A DNA stretch of 64,000 nt from Eledone cirrhosa (Eukaryota). Positions 40,556 through 55,002 of the stretch are shown here, piece after piece (the first letter of the stretch is position 1; each line of letters starts with the position of its first letter). Under the pieces are notes generated by a model. That model did not search any database, had not been told where the DNA came from, and saw only the letters and a list, made by a program, of their open reading frames with translations. The position numbers and the translations under genes are program-made. Location of the stretch: positions 227,168,001 through 227,232,000 of the forward strand of contig OZ024740.1 in NCBI GenBank assembly GCA_964016885.1, read 5' to 3'.

Positions 40556-41109
40556 AAACTTCCATTCATTATATGCATCATTCTTTGTGATTCATTTCAA
40601 AGATAGTTGTTGTGTACTCTGTCTATCCTTAGCAAGAATTAAATCTCACGTCAAAGGTGCTTAGCTTCAAGAATTCTACAGAGATTATCTGAACAAACAG
40701 GATTTCACAGGCATCAACTGACCGTACTGTCATCTGTAATCATATTCCCCATGATAATGATGTGAATCACACACAAAAAAGACAACGGCATCCCAGGAAA
40801 ACTCTAAGAATAATATTGTTTTCCAGTCTTTCATACTCAGCTTAGCTATGCTTCATGTATTTATTTGTTTTTCTTTATTATTTTACTGTTTTTCTTCCTA
40901 AGTGTCATATATGAGTAAACAAAGAAATTTGTTGTGAATCAGAAAATTAATCCTGCCAAAGATTTTGTATAAGTTACAATAATATGGTTTCACTGAAAGG
41001 TTAAGCAAGGAGACAAACCACAACATTTCAAGCAAATCTTCAGTTTATTATACAGGAAATGTACGTTTTTATAGTCGATCTAGAGGTCTGAGGGCTATTG
41101 CTATTATAG

Positions 41110-41375
41110 TAACTCTTTTGATATCAAACTGCATAAAGCCACCCTTTGTTCTATGATACACAAAAGTTGGTTTTAAAATATTTTTATTTATCTAAAAACC
41201 TTTTATCATACTTCTATGTGAGAATGTTTATTAAACTATGCTCCAAACACTAACTTAAAAATGTGAAAAATATTTTACTAAATCCTCCCAAATTTCCAAT
41301 TATTGTAAAAGTTATTTGAAAATCATAAAATCACAAGCAGTGTCTTTCATTAGAAATATGATAGCAAAAAGGTTA
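41110..41375 (-). mobile_element. TTAA MITE (family of 2875), minus orientation
   Basis: Ends ...TCTTTCATTAGAAATATGATAGCAAAAAGGTTA, the reverse complement of the family left end. Confidence 0.6.
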
Positions 41376-41666
41376 TAACTATGATTTTACAGCAATGTGA
41401 GAAAAGTAAAAATATAAAAAATATAAATTAATTTACTTTAAAACTTATTGCTACCAACTCATCTACTATTAAATTCATCATATATTAAAAGTATGGAAAA
41501 ATATATTAAAAGTATGGAACCATATGGAAAAATCTGGCAAGTAATTCATGAAATAACTTAATACATACTTCACAAATAACACATCATTGGTAGACGTTCC
41601 ATGCAATGAGAGCTTAAATATGGTGCCAATAAAGTTTAGTAACAAAACTCTCCACACATAAATGCA

Positions 41667-42086
41667 TATTCCAGGATCTCGAATAATTGACCCCCGCCCC
41701 CTCTTGGTTATTAATTTTTCAGATCTTTTTTCAACACCCTCGCTTATTAAATTTTGATTATCTAACTCCGGCAATATTTTATTTCAAGTGGTAACATTCC
41801 TGCGACAATTAATTTTCTTTATACATTAAAAGATATTATACACGGAAAAATAGGACATAACAGGAAATTTCATAGGTTATAAAAAATTATGTAATCTAAA
41901 TGACAAATTCTGGTTTTTAAAAGAACCCAGAAAAATTACTGGTTTTCCAACCTCCCCACTGCTTATTTCAGCCAAACCCTCAGCTTATTCCAATCCCCTC
42001 CTCTGCTTATTCCAACTACCCCCTTATTCCAACTCCCTCCCCTGCTTATTCCAATCCTCCATTCTATTATTTGGGCCCTGGGAGTA
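41667..42086. mobile_element. Putative Tc1/mariner-superfamily MITE with subterminal GCTTATTCCAA repeats
   Basis: Imperfect TIR TATTCCAGGATCTCGAATAATTGA versus the reverse complement of the right end TACTCCCAGGGCCCAAATAATAGA; TA ends; ~21-bp GCTTATTCCAA(T/C)C repeats at 41960-42060. Confidence 0.5.
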
Positions 42087-42304
42087 CAGACCCAACCAAA
42101 CACTCAAATACACACACACACCAGATATATACACATAAAGGAGATAATGAAAAACATAGTGTGACAAAGAAAAAAATCTTATTTGTAATGATATTTTTAT
42201 CTCTAGCAATTCAATAACATGGCAAATTGTCACATAAATTTAATTATCTTCATGTTTGTATTCTTTACCAAACATCTAAATAACATGTATCTTTCATATA
42301 TATA

Positions 42305-42367
<63 letters not shown>

Positions 42368-42445
42368 ACTATATATAGAGTTATAAACTCAAACAGTCTT
42401 TTACAATTAATTAGCTCAAAGAAAGAAGTATTTCTGAGCCGTGAA

Positions 42446-42978
42446 ATACAAGTTAATATAAATTAATATATGATAAACACTAATATAATCATATAAGTGT
42501 TTGTATTGCAAATGACCAAGTTAGCTTGATTGAAAAATACTAATTAGATTAATACAGTTTACCTGTCTCAATTTAAAATAATAGATCAATAAAAACAAAC
42601 CCATATTGGCAATAGCCTTGATACCTGGACAAATTTAAATTTCAAAACCCAAACCTGTTCCGTAGACTGGATATCTGCCGATGAGCACAGGAAATGGAAT
42701 TTTTCACTTTTTATATTATCGTTGTGAAACTTATTTGGGTTTTGAAATTTAAATTTGTCTACAGAACAGGTTTGGGTTTTGAAATTTAAATTTGTCCAGG
42801 TATCACGGCTATTGCCAATATGGGTTTGTTTTTATTGATTTATTATTTTAAATCGAGACAGGTAAACTGTATTAATCTAATTAGTATTTTTCAATCTAGC
42901 TAACTTGGTTATTTGCAATACAAACACTTATATGATTATATTAGTGTTTATCATATATTAATTTATATTAACTTGTAT
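42446..42978. repeat. Long inverted repeat (~220-bp arms, ~89-nt spacer), probable Penelope-like inverted pLTR
   Basis: 42446-42667 matches the reverse complement of 42757-42978 with few mismatches; the spacer has CCGATGAG...GAAAC and an extra ~26-bp duplicated arm piece. Confidence 0.9.
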
Positions 42979-42998
42979 ATATATGTATATATATATAT

Positions 42999-43414
<416 letters not shown>

Positions 43415-43596
43415 AAGGGAGAGAGAGAGAGGGGGAGAGAGGGAGAGCTCAAATGAACGCATCTGAAGAATGGATAGTAACATCTATGAAGCCCTGGGTT
43501 CAGAAATGTTAGCTGTAACATACTTAAAAAATAATTATATATCATCATCTTACATCTGTTTTCCAATTCTTGCATGTGCTAGATATATATATATAC

Positions 43597-43860
43597 GTGG
43601 CCTAGTGGTAAGGGTGTTGGACTTACAATCATAATGTCGTGGGTTCGATTCCTGGGTTGCATGTTGTGTTCTTGAGCAAAACACTTCATTTCACGTTGCT
43701 CCAGTATACTCAACTAAAAATGAGTACCAGCAATAGCAGGGGGTTTAACCATGTGATGGATTGGCGTCCTACCCAGGGTGGAGTCTTGTACTCTCAGTCA
43801 CTTAATGCCAGGATAAGCACCGGCCAAATGAGCCTTCTGGCTTAAGACAGACTTTAGACT
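43597..43860 (+). mobile_element. SINE with B-type tRNA/CORE head and V-like body
   Basis: A box TGGCCTAGTGG, B box GGTTCGATTCC, TGATGGATTGGCGTCCTACCCAGGG, end AAGACAGACTTTAGACT. Confidence 0.85.
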
Positions 43861-43939
43861 TCATATATATATATCATCATCATTTAACGTCTATTTTCCA
43901 CTCTAGCATGGGTATGTGTGTATATATATATATATATAT

Positions 43940-45372
43940 AGTAATAATAATAAATTTGAAGACTAAAATCCAAAGAGGGCTCGATAAGGATAAATATATA
44001 TCAAATGTATAAGAACCGTAGAGCAAATATTTATTAAAATAACAGATTAAAGTTTAAGCAAAGAATCGCTGCTTTCACCCTTAACGGGATCTTCTGAAAC
44101 TAACAAAGTCAATCTGTGAACACAGAAGTGAATATTTCAAAAAACGTTGCAACCGGAGGAAGACAGGAAGACGATACTTTGGTTCGTGGAAACGTTCCCT
44201 GGCAAAGAACGGGAAAAAAACGAATATAATACGTCATTATTTGGAGCGGTGGAGAACAATTGCACGCAAAGACAAAACCACGTAAATGGTATAAAAGAAG
44301 TCGTAGACTAAAATTCTAACTAGGAAACCGAATGATTCTCGGCTTCAGAGTTAAGAGTTAAGTAAATAAATACAGAAGTAAATGAAATTAAATAAATACA
44401 TACACGCATCCATATACGTACATACACAAGCATACGCGAAAACACTCGCCATAGGTATACAAATACACGCACATATAAATATGTGTGTGTGTGCGCGTGT
44501 ATACAAATAATTAAATAAACGTATATAAATAAATAAATACGTATATAACAAGCGCACACACATACCTACATGTAAATACACAAATGTTCGGAGACGACGT
44601 CAACCAAAACACGAAGTACACATATACACACACCCTACATACGTACGAACCCGCATACTCACACAGACGCAAAACTCACGTATACACATAACCAAAAGCA
44701 TATGTACCAGAATATATAAAAATATACGCCATAACATATACAATCAAATATACGTACGAGAAAGTATACGTACCTTCACAAAACATACAGGTAATATATA
44801 CTTACCTATGCAAATAAGTAATGGTATAAACATAACATATACTTAGCTACCACATCAAGACGTAAAATATCCGCGTATAGATCGTACTATCCGTTAGGGT
44901 GCTGTAATACAGGAAAGTTTTGTGCAATTTATGTTTACAAGCCGAAATTGCCTCAGATTTTTTGTTGAAGATGTGGTCTGTGGCGTAGAGTATTTTCAGG
45001 GCCTCAGGGGTGCAGAGATCACAAGGTCTTTTATTTCCGTTATACGATCTAGCCCTAGCTAGGATCTCCCAGTGTAACTTATATTGTGTGTGGTTGTCTT
45101 TTAGACTCCAGATATAAGCTGAAAGTGACGTCATATTCCTTCTTAAAGAGTTAAGAAAAGAATGGGTATGCATGTAAAGACGCTGCTTGAATCTATTGGC
45201 GGTTAACCCTATGTAGGCCCTACGGGACGTGGGTGTTTCAACCTTACATTTGTAGACAATGTTACTAGAGAGGCAGTTCCCGGATAGGGGGCGATCAACT
45301 GAAAGCAATTGGAAAGACCAACGGAAACGTTGTCTCCTCGGTCCGATTTGACGAAAGTCGATCGTTCCAATA
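43940..45372 (-). mobile_element. Penelope-like element 3' fragment: GIY-YIG endonuclease (ORF 44847-45308) and downstream pLTR/UTR
   Basis: PLSGNCLSSNIVY...AYIGLTANRFKQRLYMHTHSF...TSLSAYIWSLK...LHWEILA...CDLC..E...NKKSE...CKH, typical of PLE GIY-YIG domains; flanked by (TA)n. Confidence 0.85.
44051..44101 (-). ncRNA. Hammerhead-like fold downstream of the Penelope endonuclease (variant core)
   Basis: Minus strand: AGTTT-CAGAAGA-T-CCC-GTTAA-GGG-T-GAA-AGCAG-loop-TTGCT-T-AAACT; core U4 is replaced by A. Confidence 0.5.
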
Positions 45373-45492
45373 AAATAATATATATAAAATATATATATAT
45401 TTATTTATTTATTTATTTATTCATACTTACATATACGCGTGTACACAAGTATATACCCTCCACACATATATATATTCAAACACATACATATG

Positions 45493-46585
<1,093 letters not shown>

Positions 46586-47309
46586 TGAAATCATGTCCAC
46601 TGAAAATAGAAGAAAGAAAGGAAATCATATTTGAAAAAGAGGTTGTTTCAAATAACTTTTGTTAAAATTTTCTGCATTTTTATTCAAATTGTGTTTTGTG
46701 TTTGACAGTTGATCTTCACGAATACTTTTTACAATTAATAATACTTGCAACATAACATTCAAACAGCCTGTGGGAATATCCCATAATTCCTTTAACAAAA
46801 TGATTTTTTTCTCCCACTCTTTATATATATTTTTTCACAATATTTCCCTTATTTGTATTTTCATGAATTTATAATGTTTTGGGTGAAGCAGAATTTATTT
46901 TAATTTATTCTATATTTATTTATATATTTTATTTGCTTTTGAAAAATTATTTGATGTTTATTTTTATATTTCTGGTTCAGCAATTTCTCATAACAGCTTT
47001 GTATAATGAACCCAAAATGGTACATATGTTTCTTCTCTTGATATCTCTATATCCCTCATGTTTATACGGCTATCCAAAATCTCTTGTATAAACATAAGAC
47101 GCACTGAAATTATAAGCAATAGCAATATTGGTGGAAATATTTTTGCAACAATCTAGTTGATATGTTCCCTTCAATTCCATACAGAACAAAGTTATTTATT
47201 ACCTAGCTGTTTGAGTGAATTTATTGCCAATGTTTTAATATTTTCACTGAAGCAATAAACTGAAATATGCAAATGTATAAATGTATATGCACATAGAAAA
47301 TTAAACAAA

Positions 47310-47407
47310 CAAATATATATATGTATGTATGTGTGTATGTATATATCTATCTGTATATATATGTATGTGTGTATGTATATATCTATGTGTATATATATGT
47401 ATGTGTG

Positions 47408-47456
<49 letters not shown>

Positions 47457-47662
47457 GTGTAAATATATACATACATATATGTATATACATATATATATAT
47501 ATATATTAATATATATATATAAATACATATATATATATACATATATTTATATATAAATATAACGGCGATGAATTAGTTTTACGAGGTTTTTGATATGAAA
47601 TCGTGTGTCGAAACAAATATTGTTATACTTGCTATATATATATATATAAATACATATATATA

Positions 47663-47710
<48 letters not shown>

Positions 47711-47779
47711 TACATATATATATGTATATATATATATATACATATATGTATATATATAAATATATATATGTATATAATG

Positions 47780-47819
<40 letters not shown>

Positions 47820-47822
47820 ATG

Positions 47823-47876
<54 letters not shown>
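47310..47876. repeat. (TA)n-rich microsatellite with a short unique insert at 47560-47632
   Basis: Direct inspection. Confidence 0.9.
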
Positions 47877-47877
<1 letters not shown>

Positions 47878-48154
47878 CAAATAAAATAAATAGATGAACA
47901 GGCAAAACTAATTTTGAAAAACATATCATTATAAGCAATATATATTAATACTGAAATAGTTTGTGCAGATAGCTTTAATTTTAAGCTCATAGCAACTTTA
48001 CACAGAGAGAAATGTGGAGAGCTGCTATCAAAATATTAATAATGATAATACATATTATCTAGGCTGTGTAAATAAGGAACTGCAAACACACATGCACACA
48101 TGCAATAGTAATAATGATTATTATATAAGGGTTTCTTTCAATAGTAACAACAAC

Positions 48155-48184
<30 letters not shown>

Positions 48185-48187
<3 letters not shown>

Positions 48188-48408
48188 TGTTTATACTTTA
48201 GGCACAAGGCCAGCAATTACCCAGTACATTACTGGTACTTTATTTTATCGACCCCCGTAAGGATGAAAGGCAAAATCAACCTCAGCGGGATTTGAACTCA
48301 GATCGTAAAGGGACGTAACTATGCTGGAAAGCATGGCGTCCGACCCTCTACTGATACTGCCAATCCACCGCCCTTAATAATATATAATTAATAATAATAA
48401 TTAATAAT

Positions 48409-48440
<32 letters not shown>

Positions 48441-48857
48441 ATGATTTCTGATTTAGGCACAAGGCCAACAATTTGGGAGAAGGGGAAAGTCGATTAAATC
48501 GACTCCAGTGTGTGACTGGTACTTTATTTTATTGACACCCGTAAGGATGAAAGACAAAGCTAACCTTGGTGGGATTTGAACTCAGACCATAAAGGGCCAT
48601 CAATCTATGCCACGAAGCAGGGTGTCCGATGCTCTACCGATTCTGTCCAGCCACCACCCAATAATAATAATAATAATTGTTTCTACTTTAGGCACAAGGC
48701 CAGCAATTACCCAGTACATTACTGGTACTTTATTTTATCGACCCCATAAGGATGAAAGGCAAAGTCAACCTCGGCGGGATTTGAACTCAGATCGTAAAGG
48801 GACGTAACTATGCTGGAAAGCATGGCGTCCGACCCTCTACCGATACTGCCAATCCAC
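48185..48857 (-). mobile_element. Three SINE A copies in tandem, separated by (TAA)n
   Basis: Matches at about 48185-48373, 48440-48658 and 48676-48857. Confidence 0.9.
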
Positions 48858-48982
48858 TAATAATATTTCTAAAGGAGGTATAAATTAAACCATACCACCT
48901 TACACACATAAGCAACAGCAACAACAATAATAATTCTATAGAGTGTGTAAACAGAACTATTCCCCTAAATAACAACTACAAT

Positions 48983-49027
<45 letters not shown>

Positions 49028-49096
49028 AACACTAATGATAATTTTAAAATAAGATGAAGAAGGTTGTAAAATTTATTAAAATATATATATATATAT

Positions 49097-49153
<57 letters not shown>

Positions 49154-49403
49154 CAGTTCCTACACTATCTCATGGAATGGCAAATAAGGGAAAAGGGAAC
49201 AGAGGTAGAGAAAGGGAGGGTGTAAATAACTTAACAATTGGCAGATCGTGACAATATGATATGTGTGACAATATGATAGCTGATTTTTTATAGATGAGCA
49301 CCAACTTTCAAGTAGAGAAGTTGTATTATATTTCCCAATTTATCAAAAAAAAAGGGTGGAGAAAAACACTGTAGGGATTTATCATCAGTAAATATAATTC
49401 CAC

Positions 49404-49571
49404 AGTGGATTGGCAGTATCAGTAGAGGGTCGAACGCCATGCTTTCCAGCATAGTTACGTCCCTTTACGATCTGAGTTCAAATCCCGCTGAGGTTGACTT
49501 TGCCTTTCATCCTTACGGGGTTGATAAAATAAAGTACCAGTAATGTACTACCAAAAGTAGAAACAATTATT
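49404..49571 (+). mobile_element. SINE family A with a small 3' deletion
   Basis: Consensus match lacking the GGGTAATTGCTGGCCTTG segment. Confidence 0.85.
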
Positions 49572-49961
49572 TAAGATATGGGATAGCAAATTAGAAGAGG
49601 TTAAGGTAAACAGCTGCGGGGAATAGCTCTGGTGGTGTTGGTGGCATCAATGGTGGTGATGGTGGTATTAGTGGTGACAGGTGAGAGGACATAATGGTGG
49701 TAGTGGTGGTGGTGGTGGTGGTGGAGGTAGTGATCATGGTGATGATATTGTTGGTTCTAGTGGTGGAGGTGATGGTGATGGTGATAATGGTGGGGGCGGC
49801 GATGGAGATGGTGGCAAAGGGGATGATGGTGGTGTTGGTGATAGTGGTATTGGAGGGGGAGGTAAAAGTGATTTAATAGCAGTGTTGGACCTCTATCAGT
49901 TCTGAATAATAAGTATTCTAGCTGTTTGATCAACAGTACCCCCTGCTCATGAAATTAACAT

Positions 49962-50380
49962 TATCACTCCTGATTGCCATTACTTAGGTGCCTTTCCAGA
50001 GATCCAGGCCACCCGGCACACATGAGTCAGCCAGAGAATACCTCTACTCAAGACTTTTAACATCTCGGACCGGATTTCATCTTCCCCAGTGGCCTAGACT
50101 CATTTGAGCTCTTAAACTGTTCTTGTAACCTCAGCCTCAAAGAGATTAGTCACTGCTCCCAGATGCACCTCATGTACATCCGAAGATGCTGTTGTGATCG
50201 GATCTAGGAAATCAGCAAAGTATTCTCTCCACCTCGTGATAATGCACCTCTCTGAAGAGAGAATTGCAGATGGGGTCGTGACACCAGGTGTTGGGGTGGA
50301 CTTCTTATTACAAAGTCCGTGGATGGTCTGGCAGAACACATTATTTGCTGATCTGAATGGCCTGAAATCACCACTCGTTT
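49962..50380 (-). mobile_element. Degenerate RTE (Expander/Rex3-like) ORF fragment
   Basis: IITRWREYFADFLDP...EAEVTRTV...ATGEDEIRSEMLK...LWLTHVCRVAWISGKAPK*WQSGVI, the region upstream of the RT core. Confidence 0.75.
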
Positions 50381-51573
50381 TATGATTTTAAAAAAACTGT
50401 TTATTTCAGAGCATTTATATTTATCAAATAACCTTCCATCCTAACTCTATGTAAGAATATTTGTTGAGTTATACTCTATACACAACCTTAATAATGAGAA
50501 AGTTAGTTATACCTCCAAATTCTTGATATTTTTCAAAATTGAATTGCAAATCATAGGCAGTATCTTTCATTAGAAATATAGTAATGAAAAGGTTAAATGA
50601 ACAGCTGGTATACCACAAAGATCACCAGTTAGTAGAAAAGAATATCTCTTTTAATATATTCCCTCCCAAATCTTTTAACCCTAACCTTAATGTAAATGAA
50701 TTGTGTCTAAAGGTGAATTGTTGTTGATGAATTTACCTGACCCTATAACTATGATATGGTGTAATATGGCATGGTAAGATGTTAAAGTATGGAACTGTGT
50801 AAAAAACATATGATGTCATGTGAATTACATGGTGCAGTTGCTATTGTTGTTGTTGAATTGCACTGTCAGTTCTATATGAGTGACACTGCAGGAGCTGATA
50901 GAAGATTCAGTCAATTAATGTATATTGTCCTCTCTTTATTGGAGGGTTTGGTGTCCTAAGGGTTGGGAATTCAGACATTTTAAAAGATGACAATGAAATT
51001 GTCAGCTACAATATTAAGTGGGTTCTGAAACTACTTTGAAGCTCCCTCTCTCCCTCCTTCCTTAGACAAGTCTCTCCTTTTCTTTGGCTTATACATAGTG
51101 CTGCTGACTCTGTTTAATACAGTAAAGTGTAGAACTTGGTGTAGTCATAGTGTATAGTGTAATATTATATAGTCTGTTGCCTTCTGTTATAATGTAGTTC
51201 ACATCTTAGATGCATTATCATCATCATCATCATTGTTTTTACATTGACTTTTTCATGTTAGCATAAGTTGGATGGGAATTTATGAGGCAATGTTTAACAG
51301 TCAGATGCCCTTACTGACAACAACCTTTTTAGTTGCTTCTTAGTAATGTATAGTGGGATATAGTATGGTGTAGTGTGCTTTAGTAAGGTGTGGTTGTAGG
51401 TAATATTAGCTGCAATAATGTTGTAGGACTCCTATTGGAACATAAATGGAAATGTTTTGAAACAGAAAACATGAATGGTGATAAAAAATGTTCAAGGCAT
51501 TTTAATTATTTAGTTGGCATACATTTCATTTCTTTATAATTACATAAATATACCACATTAAATTATAAATTCA

Positions 51574-51796
51574 AAACGAAAGAAAATATATTATAATCAT
51601 GATGTTTCACATAAAATAGAATATATGGAACCTTATAAATATAATACACAAAAGTATCCAGTCAAAACAAAAATAAACATCTTGAACAGATGTTTATTTT
51701 TGTTTTGACTGTATACTTTTGTGTATTATATTTATAAGGTTCCATATATTCTATTTTATGTGAAACATCATGATTATAATATATTTTCTTTCGTTT
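51574..51796. repeat. Near-perfect AT-rich palindrome (~109-bp arms, 5-nt loop)
   Basis: 51574-51682 versus the reverse complement of 51688-51796, one mismatch seen; the right arm has GAAAC followed by the palindrome ATCATGAT. Confidence 0.9.
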
Positions 51797-53659
51797 ATAA
51801 CTCACCACAAGAGGCATCAGAACCTCCCTCTAATACTTTTTGTGGCAAGTCAACTCACTTGCAACATTATTACAGATAATGGCAAGTTATTTTATTAATT
51901 CATTCATTTATGTGTATTTACTTTAAGTGTATTTATTTTATGGCTAGGAATGTTTAATGAATGTTTAATCAAGGCTGAATTCCTTAACAACATTTTTGTT
52001 TCTATATTTCTAATGAAGGTCACACATTTGCTGAGTCATTAGAACATTAGATAGAATGCTTTGTGTTATTCATTCTAACTCTCTGCTTTCTGAGTTCAAA
52101 TCCTGCCAAGATCAACTTTAACTTTCATCTATTTGAGGTCTATAAAAAAAGTACTAGTTTAGTACTGGGGTCAATTCTTCCTCTATATCTCTTTCTCACT
52201 TCCTTTCTCTCTCACTTTCTATCTTTCTCTGGGAGAAATCTGCTATATTCAGACCAGGAGAGGAGGTGGGCTCCACCAGGTTTTAAAATACCCTAGGGCA
52301 GTTATGGAAGGAGAGTAGACTGGTTGAAGCAATAACGTTCATATTTACGCATATTAATTGACTAATTATCATGCCTTAATAATGATAGATACTACCCTTC
52401 ATTTCTTTCTATACCCATTGATAACAAACCAGTTTACCCAAGTACCCAACTCATATTTCACCTTCAGCTTGTTCACCTTGTTTGGTGACATTATGACATG
52501 CTGACAGCATAAACACAATTAAATCCTATGTAATTAGGTACATTTCTTTACCCAATGGCTTAGGTCTTTCTAATGTTAAATTCTAGGGAAGAGATGAGAC
52601 AAGTTTTAGTGATGCATAAACAATATATCCTACAGCTAACCAGTTCAACGAAGATGAGGGATATATTATACCACACTTAAAAATCAGGTTTAGGTTGGCA
52701 TCAAGGAAGACATCTAGTCAAAAATAAAAACAACCGAATAAAAGTCTTGTCCAGCACATCCCAACATGGGAAAAAAAAATATGCGGCAGTGTTGGCAGTG
52801 GCGGAGATGGTGACGATGATGATATTTCTTTCTTTCTTTTATATATTTATTATTTCTTCAAACAGTATAGAAGTGGTGGGAGATAAAACTGGTGTATGTG
52901 TTGCTTGCTACAATATACCTTTGTCAGAAAGCAAGGCTACATGTTATACATGTTATGATTATAAAGAAACATATCTGCCACACATGTAGTGGCAGGAATG
53001 ATGTATTTTGTAAGGTATCCATTAAAATATTTCCGTCAAAAGAGAAAAGAAAGACTGTCTTTTGTATGTTTGAATAATAAGTATGTTGAACAAATTGAAC
53101 TCAGTTCTAATATTTGGTTGGCTGAAAACATACTGCATTATGCGCATACATATAAAATGTACATTATGCACATAAACATATGCATTTTGCACATACATCA
53201 AAAACATACACATTTGGAGCCTGTTTTGTGTATATACATATAATGGTATTGTGTATTTGTGAATATGATGTCTATTATGCAAATTTCAACTCTTAAGATG
53301 TTTATTCCCATGTGTGTGAATGTGTGTGTTTGTGTGTTTGTATGTCTTTATATATGTATCTATATCTGTCTCTATGTATATGTATGTACATATGTATTTA
53401 TGTATGTATGTACATATGTATGTATGTACGTATGTATGTATGAATGTGTATGCATGTATGTATGCATGTATGTATGTACATATAGTACAAAGTTGGTAGA
53501 CTGTATATCATCACCATTATCATCATTATTTTACGTTTGCTTTCCATGCTAGCATGGGTTGGGTGTGTTTTAATGATCTGAGAATAGACTAGCTGGAAAG
53601 ACCTTATTTCACCCATACATTTCGAATTGGGAATGGTTTCTATGCCTGGTTGCTCTTCC

Positions 53660-54510
53660 TAACACCAACCAGTTCACAGAGTATTATGGATGTATTTTAT
53701 CATGTCTCCAGCATGACCACTTTACTGAGTTTATTGAGTATATTTTATTATGGCATCAGCATGACCACTTTACTGAGTTTATTGGGTGTATTTTATCATG
53801 GCACCAGCATAACCACTTTACTGAGTTTATTGAGTACATTTTATTATGGCATCAGCATGACCACTTTACTGAGTTTATTGGGTGTATTTTGTCATGGCAC
53901 CAGCATAACCACTTTACTGAGTTTATTGAGTACATTTTATTATGGCATCAGCATGACCACTTTACTGAGTTTATTGGGTGTATTTTATCATGGCACCAGC
54001 ATAACCACTTTACTGAGTTTATTGAGTACATTTTATTATGGCATCAGCATGACCACTTTACTGAGTTTATTGGGTGTATTTTATCATGGCACCAGCATAA
54101 CCACTTTACTGAGTTTATTGAGTACATTTTATTATGGCATCAGCATGACCACTTTACTGAGTTTATTGAGTGCATTTTATCATGTCATCAGCTTGACCAC
54201 TTTACAGGGTTTACTGGGTGTATTTTATCATGTCATCAGCTTGACCACTTTACTGGGTTTACTGGGTGCATTTTATTATGGCACCAGCATGACCACTTTA
54301 CTGAGTTTACTGGATGTATTTTATTATGGCACCAGCATAACCACTTTACTGAGTTTATTGAGTGCATTTTATCATGTCATCAGCTTGACCACTTTACAGG
54401 TTTTACTGGATGCATTTTATTCTGGCAACAGTACTACTACTTTACAGAGTGTACTGGGTGCATTTTGTCACAGCACCAGCACAACCACTCTACAAAGTGT
54501 AGTGGGCACA
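53660..54510. repeat. 48-bp minisatellite (about 17 units, partly a 96-bp dimer) derived from an RTE-tailed SINE body
   Basis: Unit ACCACTTTACTGAGTTTATTG(G/A)GT(G/A)(T/C)ATTTTAT(C/T)ATGGCA(C/T)CAGCAT(A/G); preceded by the minus-strand SINE tail (CATCATT...TTTCCATGCTAGCATGG...CTTCCTAACACCAACC). Confidence 0.9.
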
Positions 54511-54694
54511 TTAGTATTCTACATATCTTGAGATTAATGGTGTTCAAGTAAAGTTTTAACTACTAGAAAGGAACAACATCATCATCATCATCATCATCAT
54601 GATGCTAAGTGGGGGAGCTAAGGAATGTGGAATATGCTTTGAACTAAACTAACTCTAAACTATGTCAGCAAGAAAAATGGAAGTAAAGCTTATG

Positions 54695-55002
54695 ATGGTT
54701 GTGGTGGTGGTTTGGTAGTGGTGATGATTGTGATGCTGATGAAGATAAAGAGGATAGTAATACTAGCTATTATGATGATGTTGATGTTGATAATGGTTGT
54801 AATGAGGATGGTGGTGGTGGTGGTGATGATAATGGTTGTGATGGGGGTAATGAGAGTAATGAGGATGGTGTTGGTGGTGATGATGATGATAATGGTTGTG
54901 ATGATGGTGATGATAGTAGAAATGATGATGATGTTGATAATGGTTGTAATGGGGTTAATAGGGATAGCGACGGTAGTGATGATGATGATGATGATGTTGA
55001 TG
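54695..55002. repeat. (GAT/GGT)n low-complexity tract
   Basis: Direct inspection; a similar tract lies at 49630-49862. Confidence 0.85.

Noticed and set aside
40620-40720. Possible terminal exon reading LQEFYRDYLNKQDFTGIN* after an AG
   Set aside because: Very short, with a weak polypyrimidine tract, no recognisable homology and no partner exons; it needs RNA-seq or tBLASTn to support.
47560-47632. Short CpG-containing insert in (TA)n with CGATGA...GAAAC-AAATATT-GTT
   Set aside because: It may be a PLE remnant, but the core is non-canonical and stems I and II cannot be built.
53650-54551. 293-aa and 220-aa repetitive ORFs, and a superficially CRISPR-like periodicity
   Set aside because: A 48-bp tandem repeat with no unique spacers and no cas genes, in a eukaryotic context, derived from a SINE.
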